UHGV virus genome: UHGV-0034108
Direction: 5' to 3' (one strand)
Source of the DNA: a virus
DNA: 64,000 bases
The notes beneath the pieces are model-generated. The model ran no database searches. It had not been told where the DNA came from and worked only from the letters and a program-made list of their open reading frames with translations. The first letter of the stretch is position 1; every line of letters begins with the position of its first letter. A program made the translations under genes and the position numbers. This document shows, piece by piece, positions 29,935-40,501 of the stretch.

Positions 29935-30967
29935 TCTTCCTCCTTATTTTTACAGTTGTATCATAAAGTTTGTTAAATGTCTCCAACGTAAGATCATATT
30001 TGCAGAGAATTGTCTCAAGTTTAGACATTGAGACAAAGACGGGATCTGCTGGAAGATTCAGAACTCGTGCTACAAAATCTTGTGCAAGTTTTCTATCTTC
30101 ATTGCTGGTAAATGGCACGCGCTCTATCCGTGAGGAAATTAATCTGCGCACAACCTTAGGGAATTGAGTTCTACGACTATTTATGTTATTTACCAGTGAT
30201 GTATATCTTATAACCTCATTCCAGACAGCCATTGTACCGGGAAATTCTATCCAATTACATTGATTTATGACATTAAGCTGTATTATGAAGTTATTCATAT
30301 TACGTTTGAAATCAGACCTGGAAGTCGCAGTTAAATATGCTAACCACAACACATCAAGAGTGAGCTTGTTATTCCCTGTAACATTTAATGAACTTACTGG
30401 AATACATGGTTTATTTAAGGAACCTTTAAGCAGTAATGGATAGTTTCCTTTAGAATCATCTGGCCATATAACAGTTGTACATCGCCTTACAACTACCGCG
30501 TCAGAAGTTACAATGTTTGGAAATATCTTAGCCGCAAGTTCAAACATCTGTCCTTCCGTATGGTCTTGTATATCTGTGAAAATACATTTATTGGATGGAA
30601 ATATGATCAACCCCTCCGCATAAGTTCTGTGTTTGAAATTCGAACTTAGCTCAAAAACATTAAAGTCTCCTGTATCTTCATTTCTTTTGATGTTGTAATG
30701 AGCCTTCAAATCTTCAATTGGAATACTACAGTCAGTCGCGACATAGATATCTGAACCTTCGGCAGGGCTTATGGTATTGTCCAATAATGTACCGGATTTG
30801 AGTAGGTCAAATACATCAACATTAATACAATAGTCAGGGACCTTCCTACGTGTATTGTAATTTATAAATATGTCGTAATCATAGTATTTTACGCCATCAA
30901 TCTCAAAATAAGCTTTTGTCTTCATGCTAATTTCTCCCAAGAATGTCAAGTAAGTCGTTTGGCCCAT
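29921..30967 (-). CDS. hypothetical protein
   Basis: 348-aa ORF. Confidence 0.5.
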   Translation of the reverse strand: MGQTTYLTFLGEISMKTKAYFEIDGVKYYDYDIFINYNTRRKVPDYCINVDVFDLLKSGTLLDNTISPAEGSDIYVATDCSIPIEDLKAHYNIKRNEDTGDFNVFELSSNFKHRTYAEGLIIFPSNKCIFTDIQDHTEGQMFELAAKIFPNIVTSDAVVVRRCTTVIWPDDSKGNYPLLLKGSLNKPCIPVSSLNVTGNNKLTLDVLWLAYLTATSRSDFKRNMNNFIIQLNVINQCNWIEFPGTMAVWNEVIRYTSLVNNINSRRTQFPKVVRRLISSRIERVPFTSNEDRKLAQDFVARVLNLPADPVFVSMSKLETILCKYDLTLETFNKLYDTTVKIRRKNEEM

Positions 30968-31973
30968 CCGTTCTTATGTACGATGGAACTGTAGCCTGCC
31001 GTGCCTGATAATCGAGTATTTCACAGAGCAGGGTTTGCCATCCTTTGTAGGAATAGGTACGTTCTCCGACAGAGAAGGTAAAACCGTCAAACTGAGATGG
31101 GTCTGTCTGGTCATAGACATACGTCACCGGCACTTTGTCTGTTCGGCTTATGTCTGTAAACAAGTACGGAAGTATGGTGTATGACTTGTAGTCCTCATCT
31201 TTGTCCATTACAATCCGCATTACATCCGAATACAGTTTTGCCTGTATGTAATAGGCAAGACGTACAAAGTTCTCCTTGAAGTTCCATGCGGGATCGCCAC
31301 TGGTTTTAAGGTCAACAAGCTGAATTGTCTTAGCTTCATGATCAACTTTTATCAAGTCAGGCATAATCTTTACCGGAATGGTTTGCCCAGAAGGAAGTGT
31401 GTAATCTACGACATACTGAGCTTGATAAATATACTCTACAGTATCGCTGCTTTTTGTACCAAACAGGGTTTTTAGGTATGAGTCGTTTCTGAAGATGGTC
31501 ATCATGGAGAAAGCATCAGACCACTCATCTTCTGTCACAATAGTTTTTCCGGAACGTCTTACAAGATAATAATCTGCATATTCTACGAGATGTCTGTACT
31601 TTGCGTCGTATCCCCAGTTAGGATAATATTGGCATGTTTCAGTTGCAGTAGTTATCTCCTTACTTGTGAGTGTTTCAAAGCAAGGTGCTGTACAGGTTGA
31701 GACTAATGTGTCCAGAACCCTCCTTTCAGCATCAGGAACAGTTCGATCAAAAACAGCGTATTTTGACTTGGTGGCTTTACTTCCCTGTGTTAGCATGCAG
31801 TCGAACAAGGATCCAAATGTCATTGCTGCTGTCGGCTTTTGCTTTTCATCCAATGTAGCAATGGCAGCAAAACCGGTTTTTGCATATTTCGCAATCTTGG
31901 AATAAGACCATGCGGGATAATCGTGATAATCCTGGTCAGCGAGCTTTAAAGAATAATCTTTTAATGATTTCAT
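30927..31973 (-). CDS. PD-(D/E)XK family nuclease (phage exonuclease-like)
   Basis: ..MPDLIKVD..TIQLVDLKTS.. D / D-x-K arrangement; about 350 aa. Confidence 0.45.
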   Translation of the reverse strand: MKSLKDYSLKLADQDYHDYPAWSYSKIAKYAKTGFAAIATLDEKQKPTAAMTFGSLFDCMLTQGSKATKSKYAVFDRTVPDAERRVLDTLVSTCTAPCFETLTSKEITTATETCQYYPNWGYDAKYRHLVEYADYYLVRRSGKTIVTEDEWSDAFSMMTIFRNDSYLKTLFGTKSSDTVEYIYQAQYVVDYTLPSGQTIPVKIMPDLIKVDHEAKTIQLVDLKTSGDPAWNFKENFVRLAYYIQAKLYSDVMRIVMDKDEDYKSYTILPYLFTDISRTDKVPVTYVYDQTDPSQFDGFTFSVGERTYSYKGWQTLLCEILDYQARQATVPSYIRTDGPNDLLDILGRN

Positions 31974-32132
31974 GATAGTTAACTAAAAAAGTAAGGGAGA
32001 ATCTATGGGTAAACTAATGACAAACAACATCGCTATAGATGATTCTCCCTTACTTATGATTATACTTATGTCCTCTAAATGTTTTTCTTACTGCAAATAT
32101 AACAAAAAAGTTAGTATAATATAACAAATGTG

Positions 32133-33188
32133 TTACTTATTGCAGAAAATGTTGTCGAACAACATAGGAGCTTCTATGTATTTGGGTTTAACTGCTATCG
32201 CAGAATGCAGAAGTGGCATAAATTGACTTATCTTATCAAGACTACATGCATTGGATAATGGAAGATAACTTCCAGATTTATCTACTCCCAAGAAAGAAGC
32301 TATAAAATCCTGCATCATATTCCAGTCTTTTGGCTGTATAACACGATTCCGGAAACAGCTCACTGGTGTAGTTGATTCCACAAAACAAATCTGTCGCATT
32401 ACATGCCTAAATTTTTCTGAATTTGCTTTGTAAAAATTATCCTTCATGTGTAACAGCAGGCAAAGAGTTGCCGGATAATCATTCCAATCACTGCCAAGTA
32501 CTGACTGTTCAAACATGGCTTTATCCCTCATATTATACCAAACGGTTAAGGTATCCGGACAAATTACAGTTGTCGGCTTTCTTTCTACCTTAGATTCAGT
32601 TACGCACTTCATCATAAAGTATCGGTCTGCAAGTGCATCGTTGTAGATTTCCACATAGGGTATGAAATCACACACCATACGTTTTTCGATACAGTTGCCA
32701 AGTACAGTAAACTGCCTTAGTTTCAAAAACTCGTCAACTACGTCATAGGTGATTTGTGGCGGTATCTCAGTATGAGTCCTATAATTTACATTATTTAGTG
32801 TAAACAAGTACAACTTATTGTTTTGTACTGCTGCAACATCAAAATATAGCGTTACCTTATCATCTATGAAATCTGGAATGACTATAGTATCGGCAGTGTC
32901 TTTGGAAAGTACTATCTTGTAGCCGCTATGTCTTAACAAGTCTCTTGGAATACTACATTCCGGGCATACATAAAGGCGTTGATTCTTCATCTGTTCAGAA
33001 CCTTTTACGTAAAAACGGAGATTATCATATTCTGAACATTTCGAAAATGAGATAAAGGCAGCTTTATTTTTGTACTTTCTTCCACTTCGTCGCCATACCT
33101 GAATGTTACGCAATCTCATATCCATTGCTGTATAAAAGAGAAAGCCTTCGTACACAGCATCAAACTTTTGATATATACAGTTCATCAT
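32133..33188 (-). CDS. hypothetical protein
   Basis: 351-aa ORF. Confidence 0.5.
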   Translation of the reverse strand: MMNCIYQKFDAVYEGFLFYTAMDMRLRNIQVWRRSGRKYKNKAAFISFSKCSEYDNLRFYVKGSEQMKNQRLYVCPECSIPRDLLRHSGYKIVLSKDTADTIVIPDFIDDKVTLYFDVAAVQNNKLYLFTLNNVNYRTHTEIPPQITYDVVDEFLKLRQFTVLGNCIEKRMVCDFIPYVEIYNDALADRYFMMKCVTESKVERKPTTVICPDTLTVWYNMRDKAMFEQSVLGSDWNDYPATLCLLLHMKDNFYKANSEKFRHVMRQICFVESTTPVSCFRNRVIQPKDWNMMQDFIASFLGVDKSGSYLPLSNACSLDKISQFMPLLHSAIAVKPKYIEAPMLFDNIFCNK

Positions 33189-34459
33189 GACAATATCTTT
33201 GCTATTTTTGGTTCGAACAGAAGCTTATTAGTCTGACTCTTGTGCTTTGATGTTATCGTCTTTATCATGTGATAATACAGGTCCTGATTGAAGAGTCGCT
33301 TTCCGCCATTCTCCTCGTTGTCTATGAAATCAAGTATCCTATCCTTGACTTTCGCTATAGGCGTTTGCTCCTTGGAATCAAGCCAGGCATTGACAAAGTT
33401 TACGAACCTGCGTTCAAGAAGTGAGGATATGTCTGCTCTGTACTGCTTATCCCCATCATACATGGCATTCTCAAGAATGGGACGTACTTCATCCCAAGGT
33501 TTGAGTAGCATATCTTTTGGCTGTATGAGAAGGTGCATCTTGTTTCTTATGAAGGAAGAGAACATCTGAGAGAATCGTCCATTGTCGTCATGGAAACAGC
33601 CTCTGGATATGGACGAGATAAATGCAAGATTCTGCTTGTCATCCCAATCCTTAATTCCGGAAATCATATTCGCAAACATGACGAAAGACCTCGGGTTGCA
33701 TATTCTGTTTCCTTCCTCGTCGGCTTGAAACAACTCGTTTGAATATGACAGAACGAAGTTAATGCAACGACCATCTATGCCCTCCGACTCTGCCCACTGT
33801 GCCCATGCATCCTGAGACCAATCTATGCTGAAGTTCATAAATCTCGTTGCCTGTGCCTCATCCAGAGATGATACGTTGTTCGTGCCGTCATCAGGATTAC
33901 TGGTAAGGACGATTGTTGTTTTCTTCGGAAGGGACCAGGATATGTACTTCTGTTCAAGTACAAGGTCCATTACCGCCTGAAGAAGTTGGGAATTTGCCCT
34001 GCTCCAGTCATCAAGAAGAACGACAGTTCCGTTATCTGTATATTCTGGAACCCAAGCAGGCTTGGCATAGGACATACGGGTCTTTCCGGTCTGTCTTACG
34101 GCAATGGATTTATCCATGCCGTTAATCTGCTTATCTGTAAGCCACGTAGTTCCGGGAAGAACATGTACTTTTACTGTGCCGTCCTTTTCCTTTATACGAC
34201 GTGCCGTCTGGCATTCGTATTCTGTCTGTGGAAATCCCAGAAGGTCTCCACTCTCGTCAAGCTGTGAAAGGTTGAGTTTAACAAAACCCATCTCACGCTT
34301 CTCCGCGATCTGCCTTACGATTGAGGTCTTTCCTATTCCCGCTGAAGCTTCAAGTGATATGGCAATCGGAGTCACTCCAGTTTCTTGGAGTCTGATGTTG
34401 TTGTCGATGGTGTAGTTGAGGAGGTTATCCACCTCGGTCATTGATACTGTGTTTGTCAT
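33185..34459 (-). CDS. AAA+ ATPase (MoxR/AAA_5-like)
   Basis: Walker A EASAGIGKTS, Walker B VVLLDDWSRA, sensor VLTSNP. Confidence 0.7.
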   Translation of the reverse strand: MTNTVSMTEVDNLLNYTIDNNIRLQETGVTPIAISLEASAGIGKTSIVRQIAEKREMGFVKLNLSQLDESGDLLGFPQTEYECQTARRIKEKDGTVKVHVLPGTTWLTDKQINGMDKSIAVRQTGKTRMSYAKPAWVPEYTDNGTVVLLDDWSRANSQLLQAVMDLVLEQKYISWSLPKKTTIVLTSNPDDGTNNVSSLDEAQATRFMNFSIDWSQDAWAQWAESEGIDGRCINFVLSYSNELFQADEEGNRICNPRSFVMFANMISGIKDWDDKQNLAFISSISRGCFHDDNGRFSQMFSSFIRNKMHLLIQPKDMLLKPWDEVRPILENAMYDGDKQYRADISSLLERRFVNFVNAWLDSKEQTPIAKVKDRILDFIDNEENGGKRLFNQDLYYHMIKTITSKHKSQTNKLLFEPKIAKILS

Positions 34460-34484
34460 AATAGATTAATGCTTATATAGTTTG

Positions 34485-35726
34485 CTATTGTTTCTTTGGA
34501 ATGAAGACTACAGAACATCCATTTACCATATATTTTTTTCTGTCCTTCTGATCTCCTTTAGAAGATATTACCCATAAAGTCTCCTTTGGGGTATTGCTTG
34601 GTATGGTAGCATATCCGTCTGTAAAGTAGACAAGTACATCATACTTCTTTATGTTCTGTCTGTACATGTCAATAACAGGTTGAAATGATGTTCCGCCCGT
34701 CCCATGCAGTTTTAGATTTGGTTTTCCCCGGTAGTAATATTCATGCTGTATTGCAGCATCGCACTCGACAACATGAAAATCGGCATAATCGTTAAGAGTC
34801 TTTAACTGTCCAAAGAACTCAAGATATTCCTGCATCGAAACTGAACCGGAAGTGTCAATTGCTACGAGGATGAGAGACTTTCGTTGCTTTCGTGTACCTG
34901 CTGCATCCGGAAATCGTTTGGACAGACGCTTGTTAGATTTCCTCAGCATCTCACTGAACGCATTGCCTAAATACCGTCTACAATATTTCTTCCAGTTAGT
35001 TACAGGTTTGGGTCTCTTGCGTTCACGAATTGCCTGAATGATACCTGTCATCTCTCCCGGTAGTGTACCACAGCCTTTTTCTGTCTCGTCAGCTGCTGCA
35101 AGAAGCAAGTCCTCAACCTGTTGTTTCAAGGTTTCCACTTCCTGTTCTGTATCTCCGTCTGGCCATCCAGAATGATCATCAAAAGTCTCAGATCCTATCT
35201 GATCCGGTTCTGTGACATGTTCCGACTGATCTTGCTCGGTATCTTCATCATCAAAGTCGTCAAACTGCTTATTCTGCGCTGCTTTTTTCTTGGCAGAATT
35301 TTCCAATTCTCTTTCTTTAAGTAATCTGTAATACTCTCGTGCGCCCAACTGAGGTCTCCAACCATATTTTGATGGTATGAGGACAGGAAGTGTTCCCAGT
35401 TGTGATACGTCTATATAGCAGTTTACCTCAAGATCCGCAGCAATATTCTTCAGCTTCTGTTCGTGATATGTTTCATTCTTATCCTCCCATAATGTAAAGT
35501 GATTGAATGCGAGGTGCAGAACCTCGTGTTTCAGTAGTTCCAGTACAGCAGCATCAGGAAGCGGGTTTATGAAGTCCGGATTATATACAAGACGAAACAC
35601 ATTTCCTGATTGTGTAACACCGATGGTGTCAAGATTTTTTGACGGGTACCTCTCCATGGCGGAGAGCAATATCCCATAATACGGTTCCCTCATCGAGAAC
35701 AGCATACAGAGTTTTTCAAAGTCCAT
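34485..35726 (-). CDS. putative metallopeptidase (HExxH) plus VWA domain protein, partner of AAA ATPase
   Basis: N-terminal LKHEVLHLAFNH; acidic linker; C-terminal VWA MIDAS LVAIDTSGSVS. Confidence 0.6.
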   Translation of the reverse strand: MDFEKLCMLFSMREPYYGILLSAMERYPSKNLDTIGVTQSGNVFRLVYNPDFINPLPDAAVLELLKHEVLHLAFNHFTLWEDKNETYHEQKLKNIAADLEVNCYIDVSQLGTLPVLIPSKYGWRPQLGAREYYRLLKERELENSAKKKAAQNKQFDDFDDEDTEQDQSEHVTEPDQIGSETFDDHSGWPDGDTEQEVETLKQQVEDLLLAAADETEKGCGTLPGEMTGIIQAIRERKRPKPVTNWKKYCRRYLGNAFSEMLRKSNKRLSKRFPDAAGTRKQRKSLILVAIDTSGSVSMQEYLEFFGQLKTLNDYADFHVVECDAAIQHEYYYRGKPNLKLHGTGGTSFQPVIDMYRQNIKKYDVLVYFTDGYATIPSNTPKETLWVISSKGDQKDRKKYMVNGCSVVFIPKKQ

Positions 35727-35732
35727 GATTAT

Positions 35733-36752
35733 TTATCTTTGTGATTTCCAGATTTCAACAAGTTTCCCCTTTCCGAGCTTTTTTACCAAATCACTCGGGT
35801 CCTTGCATTGAAGTTCAGATGGTATGCAGACATTACGTAATTTTGGATAGAGTGCCATAAGTTTCCTGGCATTATCCTGACCCGGATTATCGTGTTCATG
35901 ACTAAAATCATTGTCATACCAGATATACACTCTCTTAAATCCATCAAAAACCTGTTTCATGACTTGTGGTTTAGGAAGATAACCTTCCCCCTGTAGTGAC
36001 ATTGCTGGAATGCCCAAATTATACCACAGGCACATGGCATCCTTTCTTGATGATGTGATGATGACTGCTCTGTTTGACTTTATTTTAGCAAATGCAAATG
36101 CCTGTCTCCAGAGATCCCAGACGGAAGCATCATGTTTCGACAACCACTTCATTGTAGTCGAATAAGGCTGGTACAGCTTGATGCTTTCCGTTCCGTCTTT
36201 CCATTCGAAATAGGCATAGGCATACTTATCCATAGGTACAGTAACCGTTCTCGACTTTCCATCCTCAAGTTTTGTAAAGAAGGCATGAGATATGGGAAAT
36301 ACATTGCACCATTTGGCAAACTTCTCGGATATTCCGTAAGATTTCCAAAATTCCACATCCCAATCTTTCCACTCACGTATTTTTACCTTTATTGTAGAAT
36401 TGCCGGTGAGATGTATTTTACCCTTGTATTTTCGTATCAGACTTGCCCGTGGTATTTGATTTTCCGTATCGAGCTTTATCTTCAACAGGGCTTCCTTGTA
36501 CGTAACATGCCATAGTTTAGCAAGAAGCGATATTGCACTGCCGCTTTCCCCGGTGCCGAAATCTTTCCAAAAGACGACGCCGCCCCTCTCCTGCATAGAG
36601 AAAGAAGGGCGCTCGTCATCTTCACGCAACGGTGATCGACACGTACACGGAAAGCAGTCTATACCAACATAACGACGGATTATATCTTTATCGGATAGTG
36701 ATATGTCGTCGCGTGTTATGGAAAGACTGCTTCTTTTTGTAGATGTAATCAT
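35733..36752 (-). CDS. DNA primase (DnaG-like zinc finger plus TOPRIM)
   Basis: CPCTCRSPLREDDERPSFSM resembles CHC2 zinc finger; TOPRIM-like VIITSSRKD and YIWYDNDFSHEHD. Confidence 0.65.
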   Translation of the reverse strand: MITSTKRSSLSITRDDISLSDKDIIRRYVGIDCFPCTCRSPLREDDERPSFSMQERGGVVFWKDFGTGESGSAISLLAKLWHVTYKEALLKIKLDTENQIPRASLIRKYKGKIHLTGNSTIKVKIREWKDWDVEFWKSYGISEKFAKWCNVFPISHAFFTKLEDGKSRTVTVPMDKYAYAYFEWKDGTESIKLYQPYSTTMKWLSKHDASVWDLWRQAFAFAKIKSNRAVIITSSRKDAMCLWYNLGIPAMSLQGEGYLPKPQVMKQVFDGFKRVYIWYDNDFSHEHDNPGQDNARKLMALYPKLRNVCIPSELQCKDPSDLVKKLGKGKLVEIWKSQR

Positions 36753-37711
36753 TGTGCAAACGGAAGATCATCGTCATCCTCAATGTAATTACCCTCATCG
36801 TCAAACATTGTCTTCGGCTGCGCAACATCCGTAGCTGTCTCCTTATATTCCCTTACAGGAAGAGAACTGTAAGTATATTCACCACGGATAGTCTTGCCGG
36901 CAGCACGCCTGTCTGCAACAGATGCCACGAACTTGTCAATGAGTGTCCTTGCGCGTGTATACTCACCTGTATTTCTGTCGACAGGCATTCCATTCCCGAT
37001 GTATCCTGAGTTAAGGAATGACTGATATGTCTTGTTGTCATCGGTCGTCATGACTCCGAGCACTACTTTCACTCTGTTGTCAGGCTGAAGTGCAAGATAT
37101 TCGGCAATTTCAGACACATCGCCATCGCAAATCTTTCCCCAGTCATCTACAGTAAGTCGTCCCGGATTCTTTGATGGAGTCCATCCGTTCTTTGTCCTGT
37201 CAAATATCTGAAGAGGAGTGATGTTGAGGTACTTGAAAAGGAAGCTTACAAGCTCTTCCTCTCCGATATGGCAGGCTTTGTACGGCGTGCTGATATTTGC
37301 AGGCTGTCCATTCTTGTAGATTGGGACTTTTCCTGCCTTGAACTCCTCCTTCGTCACCCACGCGGTACGACCATAGCAGTCAATCACCTTGCACTTGTCG
37401 CCAGCCGCATTGGTCTGTACTCCTTTCTGGCACCAGAAGTCAAGAGACACTACCGGTTTCTCGTCAAGATCCTGAATCTGAACCAGAAGCCTTACCCTTG
37501 TCGACTGCGTTTCACGTCCATCAGGAAGTGTCTTTGTAAGGATATAGTTCGGCTCTGCGGCATCTTCTGGGATATTCCAACCGAATTTGCGGAGTTTGGC
37601 GTTGTCGGGATTGACTGCCAAGACATTGATGGAGGCAACTCCTACATACTTTCTGATGTCCAAGAACTCGCCGTTTGCGGCTTCTTTGCTTGCATTTACG
37701 TTTTCAATCAT
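36749..37711 (-). CDS. putative ssDNA-binding / recombination protein with SSB-type acidic tail
   Basis: C-terminus ..EDDDDLPFAQ resembles SSB DDDIPF tip; lies between primase and helicases. Confidence 0.4.
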   Translation of the reverse strand: MIENVNASKEAANGEFLDIRKYVGVASINVLAVNPDNAKLRKFGWNIPEDAAEPNYILTKTLPDGRETQSTRVRLLVQIQDLDEKPVVSLDFWCQKGVQTNAAGDKCKVIDCYGRTAWVTKEEFKAGKVPIYKNGQPANISTPYKACHIGEEELVSFLFKYLNITPLQIFDRTKNGWTPSKNPGRLTVDDWGKICDGDVSEIAEYLALQPDNRVKVVLGVMTTDDNKTYQSFLNSGYIGNGMPVDRNTGEYTRARTLIDKFVASVADRRAAGKTIRGEYTYSSLPVREYKETATDVAQPKTMFDDEGNYIEDDDDLPFAQ

Positions 37712-37735
37712 AGCTGTAAAAAATTAATAATGTTT

Positions 37736-38095
37736 TTATTGTTGTTTTTCGTCTTTTGTGAGGAGTTCGGGATTTTCGAATGGAGGCATTGCCACTTGAT
37801 GATATTCCTTTTCCTTTCCTTTGCATCGAAGTTCCCAAATGTCTTCTGGTTCTTCACCGTCCTCCTGAAGTATAACAAGCACATTCGGGTGTCTTGAAGC
37901 AACAGTTTCTACTTCATTAGTAAGGTCATAATATTTTCCTTCAATACATCCGTAACTGATAAGATCCAGAATGTCTCCTTTATACTTCGAGCTTTCTACA
38001 AGGTCTTCCTGAAATGCTTTTATTGCCTTTGGAGTACCTTCGGCTGTAAGTGAGTAGTTTGTACAGTAGCTCATGGTAGTATCTCCTATTTCCAC
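37736..38095 (-). CDS. hypothetical protein
   Basis: 119-aa ORF. Confidence 0.45.
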   Translation of the reverse strand: MEIGDTTMSYCTNYSLTAEGTPKAIKAFQEDLVESSKYKGDILDLISYGCIEGKYYDLTNEVETVASRHPNVLVILQEDGEEPEDIWELRCKGKEKEYHQVAMPPFENPELLTKDEKQQ

Positions 38096-38568
38096 TCCTC
38101 AGGCTCATCTCCCCAATCGTCGTCATCATCATTTATCTCCTGTGATTCTGACGTCTCCCACTCGGATGTCTCTGCTTCAGGTTTAGATTCAGATGCTGTC
38201 TCAGGTTCAGCGGCCTCCTCCTCTGAAGTTTCTTCTTCTGTGTCTTCTTCATTGTTTTCCGGGAAGATTGTATCGACAACCTTCTCCTCTACAGGTTCCT
38301 TTTCGGCTTCCTCAACAGCCTTGTTTGCAGTTTCTTCCGCAACGGGTGTTTTCGGTTCATCTGTAAAGCATACCATGGTTTTGTATGCGGAAATCTGCCC
38401 TTCCTGCATTCTCAGCAGTTTCTCAAGGTCGGCTTTCTCCTTGTCAGCAAGTGCCTTGTACTTCGCATCAACCTTTTCGATTTCCTGCTTCGTAATCTCC
38501 ATTGCCTTTGTTGAGGATGCAATGATCGTGTTGATCTCTTTGATAAGTTTTTTATTGTCTGTAATCAT
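38086..38568 (-). CDS. coiled-coil protein with highly acidic C-terminus
   Basis: 160-aa; C-terminal 70 aa E/D/T/S-rich. Confidence 0.45.
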   Translation of the reverse strand: MITDNKKLIKEINTIIASSTKAMEITKQEIEKVDAKYKALADKEKADLEKLLRMQEGQISAYKTMVCFTDEPKTPVAEETANKAVEEAEKEPVEEKVVDTIFPENNEEDTEEETSEEEAAEPETASESKPEAETSEWETSESQEINDDDDDWGDEPEEWK

Positions 38569-38598
38569 AATGTTGGTTGTAATAATTAAATGAAACGA

Positions 38599-39690
38599 TT
38601 ATAATTTATAATGTGATATGTAAATATCAGGTATATTAGCAGTTACGCCATTAAGGAAGCTGTCGTCCTTGGTTCCGTCAAATACAGGAATCCATATTAC
38701 CGGATTTTTACTTCTCATAATGCGTCCGATGCTCTGAACAGTGATTCGTTCAGTTCCTCCGAGCTGGGTTATTACACCGTGTTCGATGTCTACCAGATTC
38801 TGTCCTTCGATAAGTTTTCCCACTACAAAGAGAGAGTTTATCTCCTTACTGTTGAACTTTTCAAGAAGTTTTGCCGATGTTGGAGTCTTGGATGTGAATG
38901 CCCTTTCCTTACATAGAGATTCAGCCTGCTTTATGGATGCACAGAAACAGAGGAATCTCCTGTTCTTATTCTGAAGTCCATTGCATATATATCGTACGGC
39001 ATCCTCCTTAATTTCTCCAAGGAAATGTTTTCTTGCAACTCCGGCACTGAACATCTTTAGTTTGTTCATCTTCGTTGGATTGTCATTAAAGGCAGCTTTG
39101 GCTTCTTTCACTTTCTGTTCAAGAATGTCGTACATTCCCTTTGCAGACAATGACATCCCTCTGTACCAGTACCTGCGACGAACTCTATCAATGCTGATAT
39201 GACAGACATTAACCTTCGGCATTGGAAGAAAGCCATTCCGGATAGCATGTTCAAGTGTAATTACAGATTTTTGAAAGTGTCCATAAGCATTTTCCAGAGC
39301 TGCTTTCTCATCGTCTGTAATGACAGCACCAAGTGCCAAGACATAGTTTCCTGATACGGTACGGCAAATTTCTCTGCGTATGTCTGTATCTACATGCGGC
39401 GCTTCATCAAATACCAAAAGGCCCCACGAGGTGTTTTCATATTTCTTGAAGGAAGCATAGCATGCAATCTCGACCCCATAAGGGCTGACATCGAACTTTT
39501 CAAACTCAGTAATCCAGTTGGCAATATTGTTCTGTTCCGGAACGAGAATCAGGCAAGTGGTGCCGGGATTGTTTCTCAGGAAGTTCAAAGCCACCTGACT
39601 TTTTCCGACACCGGTTGCCCATTGACAGATAACCCTGCGTTCACGTTCAAGAACACGTGCAACGCTATTCTGTAGTTCCTGTCTCGTCAT
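38599..39690 (-). CDS. superfamily 2 DNA helicase
   Basis: Motif I-like ATGVGKSQV, motif II LLVFDEAPHV (DEAH-like), helicase C-terminal region. Confidence 0.6.
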   Translation of the reverse strand: MTRQELQNSVARVLERERRVICQWATGVGKSQVALNFLRNNPGTTCLILVPEQNNIANWITEFEKFDVSPYGVEIACYASFKKYENTSWGLLVFDEAPHVDTDIRREICRTVSGNYVLALGAVITDDEKAALENAYGHFQKSVITLEHAIRNGFLPMPKVNVCHISIDRVRRRYWYRGMSLSAKGMYDILEQKVKEAKAAFNDNPTKMNKLKMFSAGVARKHFLGEIKEDAVRYICNGLQNKNRRFLCFCASIKQAESLCKERAFTSKTPTSAKLLEKFNSKEINSLFVVGKLIEGQNLVDIEHGVITQLGGTERITVQSIGRIMRSKNPVIWIPVFDGTKDDSFLNGVTANIPDIYISHYKL

Positions 39691-40498
39691 CGTTGAGGAA
39701 TATCTGTGACAGGTCCATCTTCAGGTTGTTGTTTTCATCAGACTCGCCAACTACAAACTGTTTTCCCCGAAGATGAGCCGGTCGTGCTTCTCGTAATGTA
39801 CCATCACCGCCGGCAAAGGAGACGATAGTCTTGTTCTTCTCGCGGTAAATGAATCCTATCGCATCAGCCTCACCACAGATGATGTCAGCAAGCTTACCTG
39901 CAAGGTCTACCGAATACTCTGTAGATTCCTGATTGTTGAGGTTCACCTGTCTGTCCTTCACATGGCAGACGAGGATGAGAGTTTCACACATCGGAGGCAT
40001 GAACATGTGTATCACCTCTTTCAGTGCGTTTCTAAGATAGAGATAGCCGCCGCCATTCGGCAATTGACGTACATCAGCCTTTGGATCTGGAACAGGCTTG
40101 CCGTCAACGAGAATGAGATTTCCGTTTCTGTCTCGTTTCAAACCCCACTTTGCACCCATCTGAGTATTTCTGTAAAGCTGTGCGGCATAAGACAGACACA
40201 TCTCCTCAAGCCTTGTGGCATTATCTATGGTGATGAACCTGTATGGACGCTTGCCGGTCTTCTTTATCTCTTCGTTTATCTTTGCCCGAATCGCAAAGAT
40301 ATCCGCTACGTTTCTCGCATCGACGGACATAACCTCAAGAGAACGATAACCATCTTCAAGGTCAATGATGAGATTACTGTCAAGCGATGCAACGGCACTT
40401 GACTTTCCCGATTTCGGTCTACCAAAGAGAACCAATAATCTCGGATTATAAGTCTGTGCCTTTCTTCTTTCTGTAGGCAATGTAATTTCTTTTGGCAT
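39665..40498 (-). CDS. RecA-like / AAA_24 ATPase (Sak4-like)
   Basis: Walker A GRPKSGKSS; Walker B RFITIDNATRLEE; about 277 aa. Confidence 0.55.
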   Translation of the reverse strand: MPKEITLPTERRKAQTYNPRLLVLFGRPKSGKSSAVASLDSNLIIDLEDGYRSLEVMSVDARNVADIFAIRAKINEEIKKTGKRPYRFITIDNATRLEEMCLSYAAQLYRNTQMGAKWGLKRDRNGNLILVDGKPVPDPKADVRQLPNGGGYLYLRNALKEVIHMFMPPMCETLILVCHVKDRQVNLNNQESTEYSVDLAGKLADIICGEADAIGFIYREKNKTIVSFAGGDGTLREARPAHLRGKQFVVGESDENNNLKMDLSQIFLNDDETGTTE

Positions 40499-40501
40499 AA
40501 T

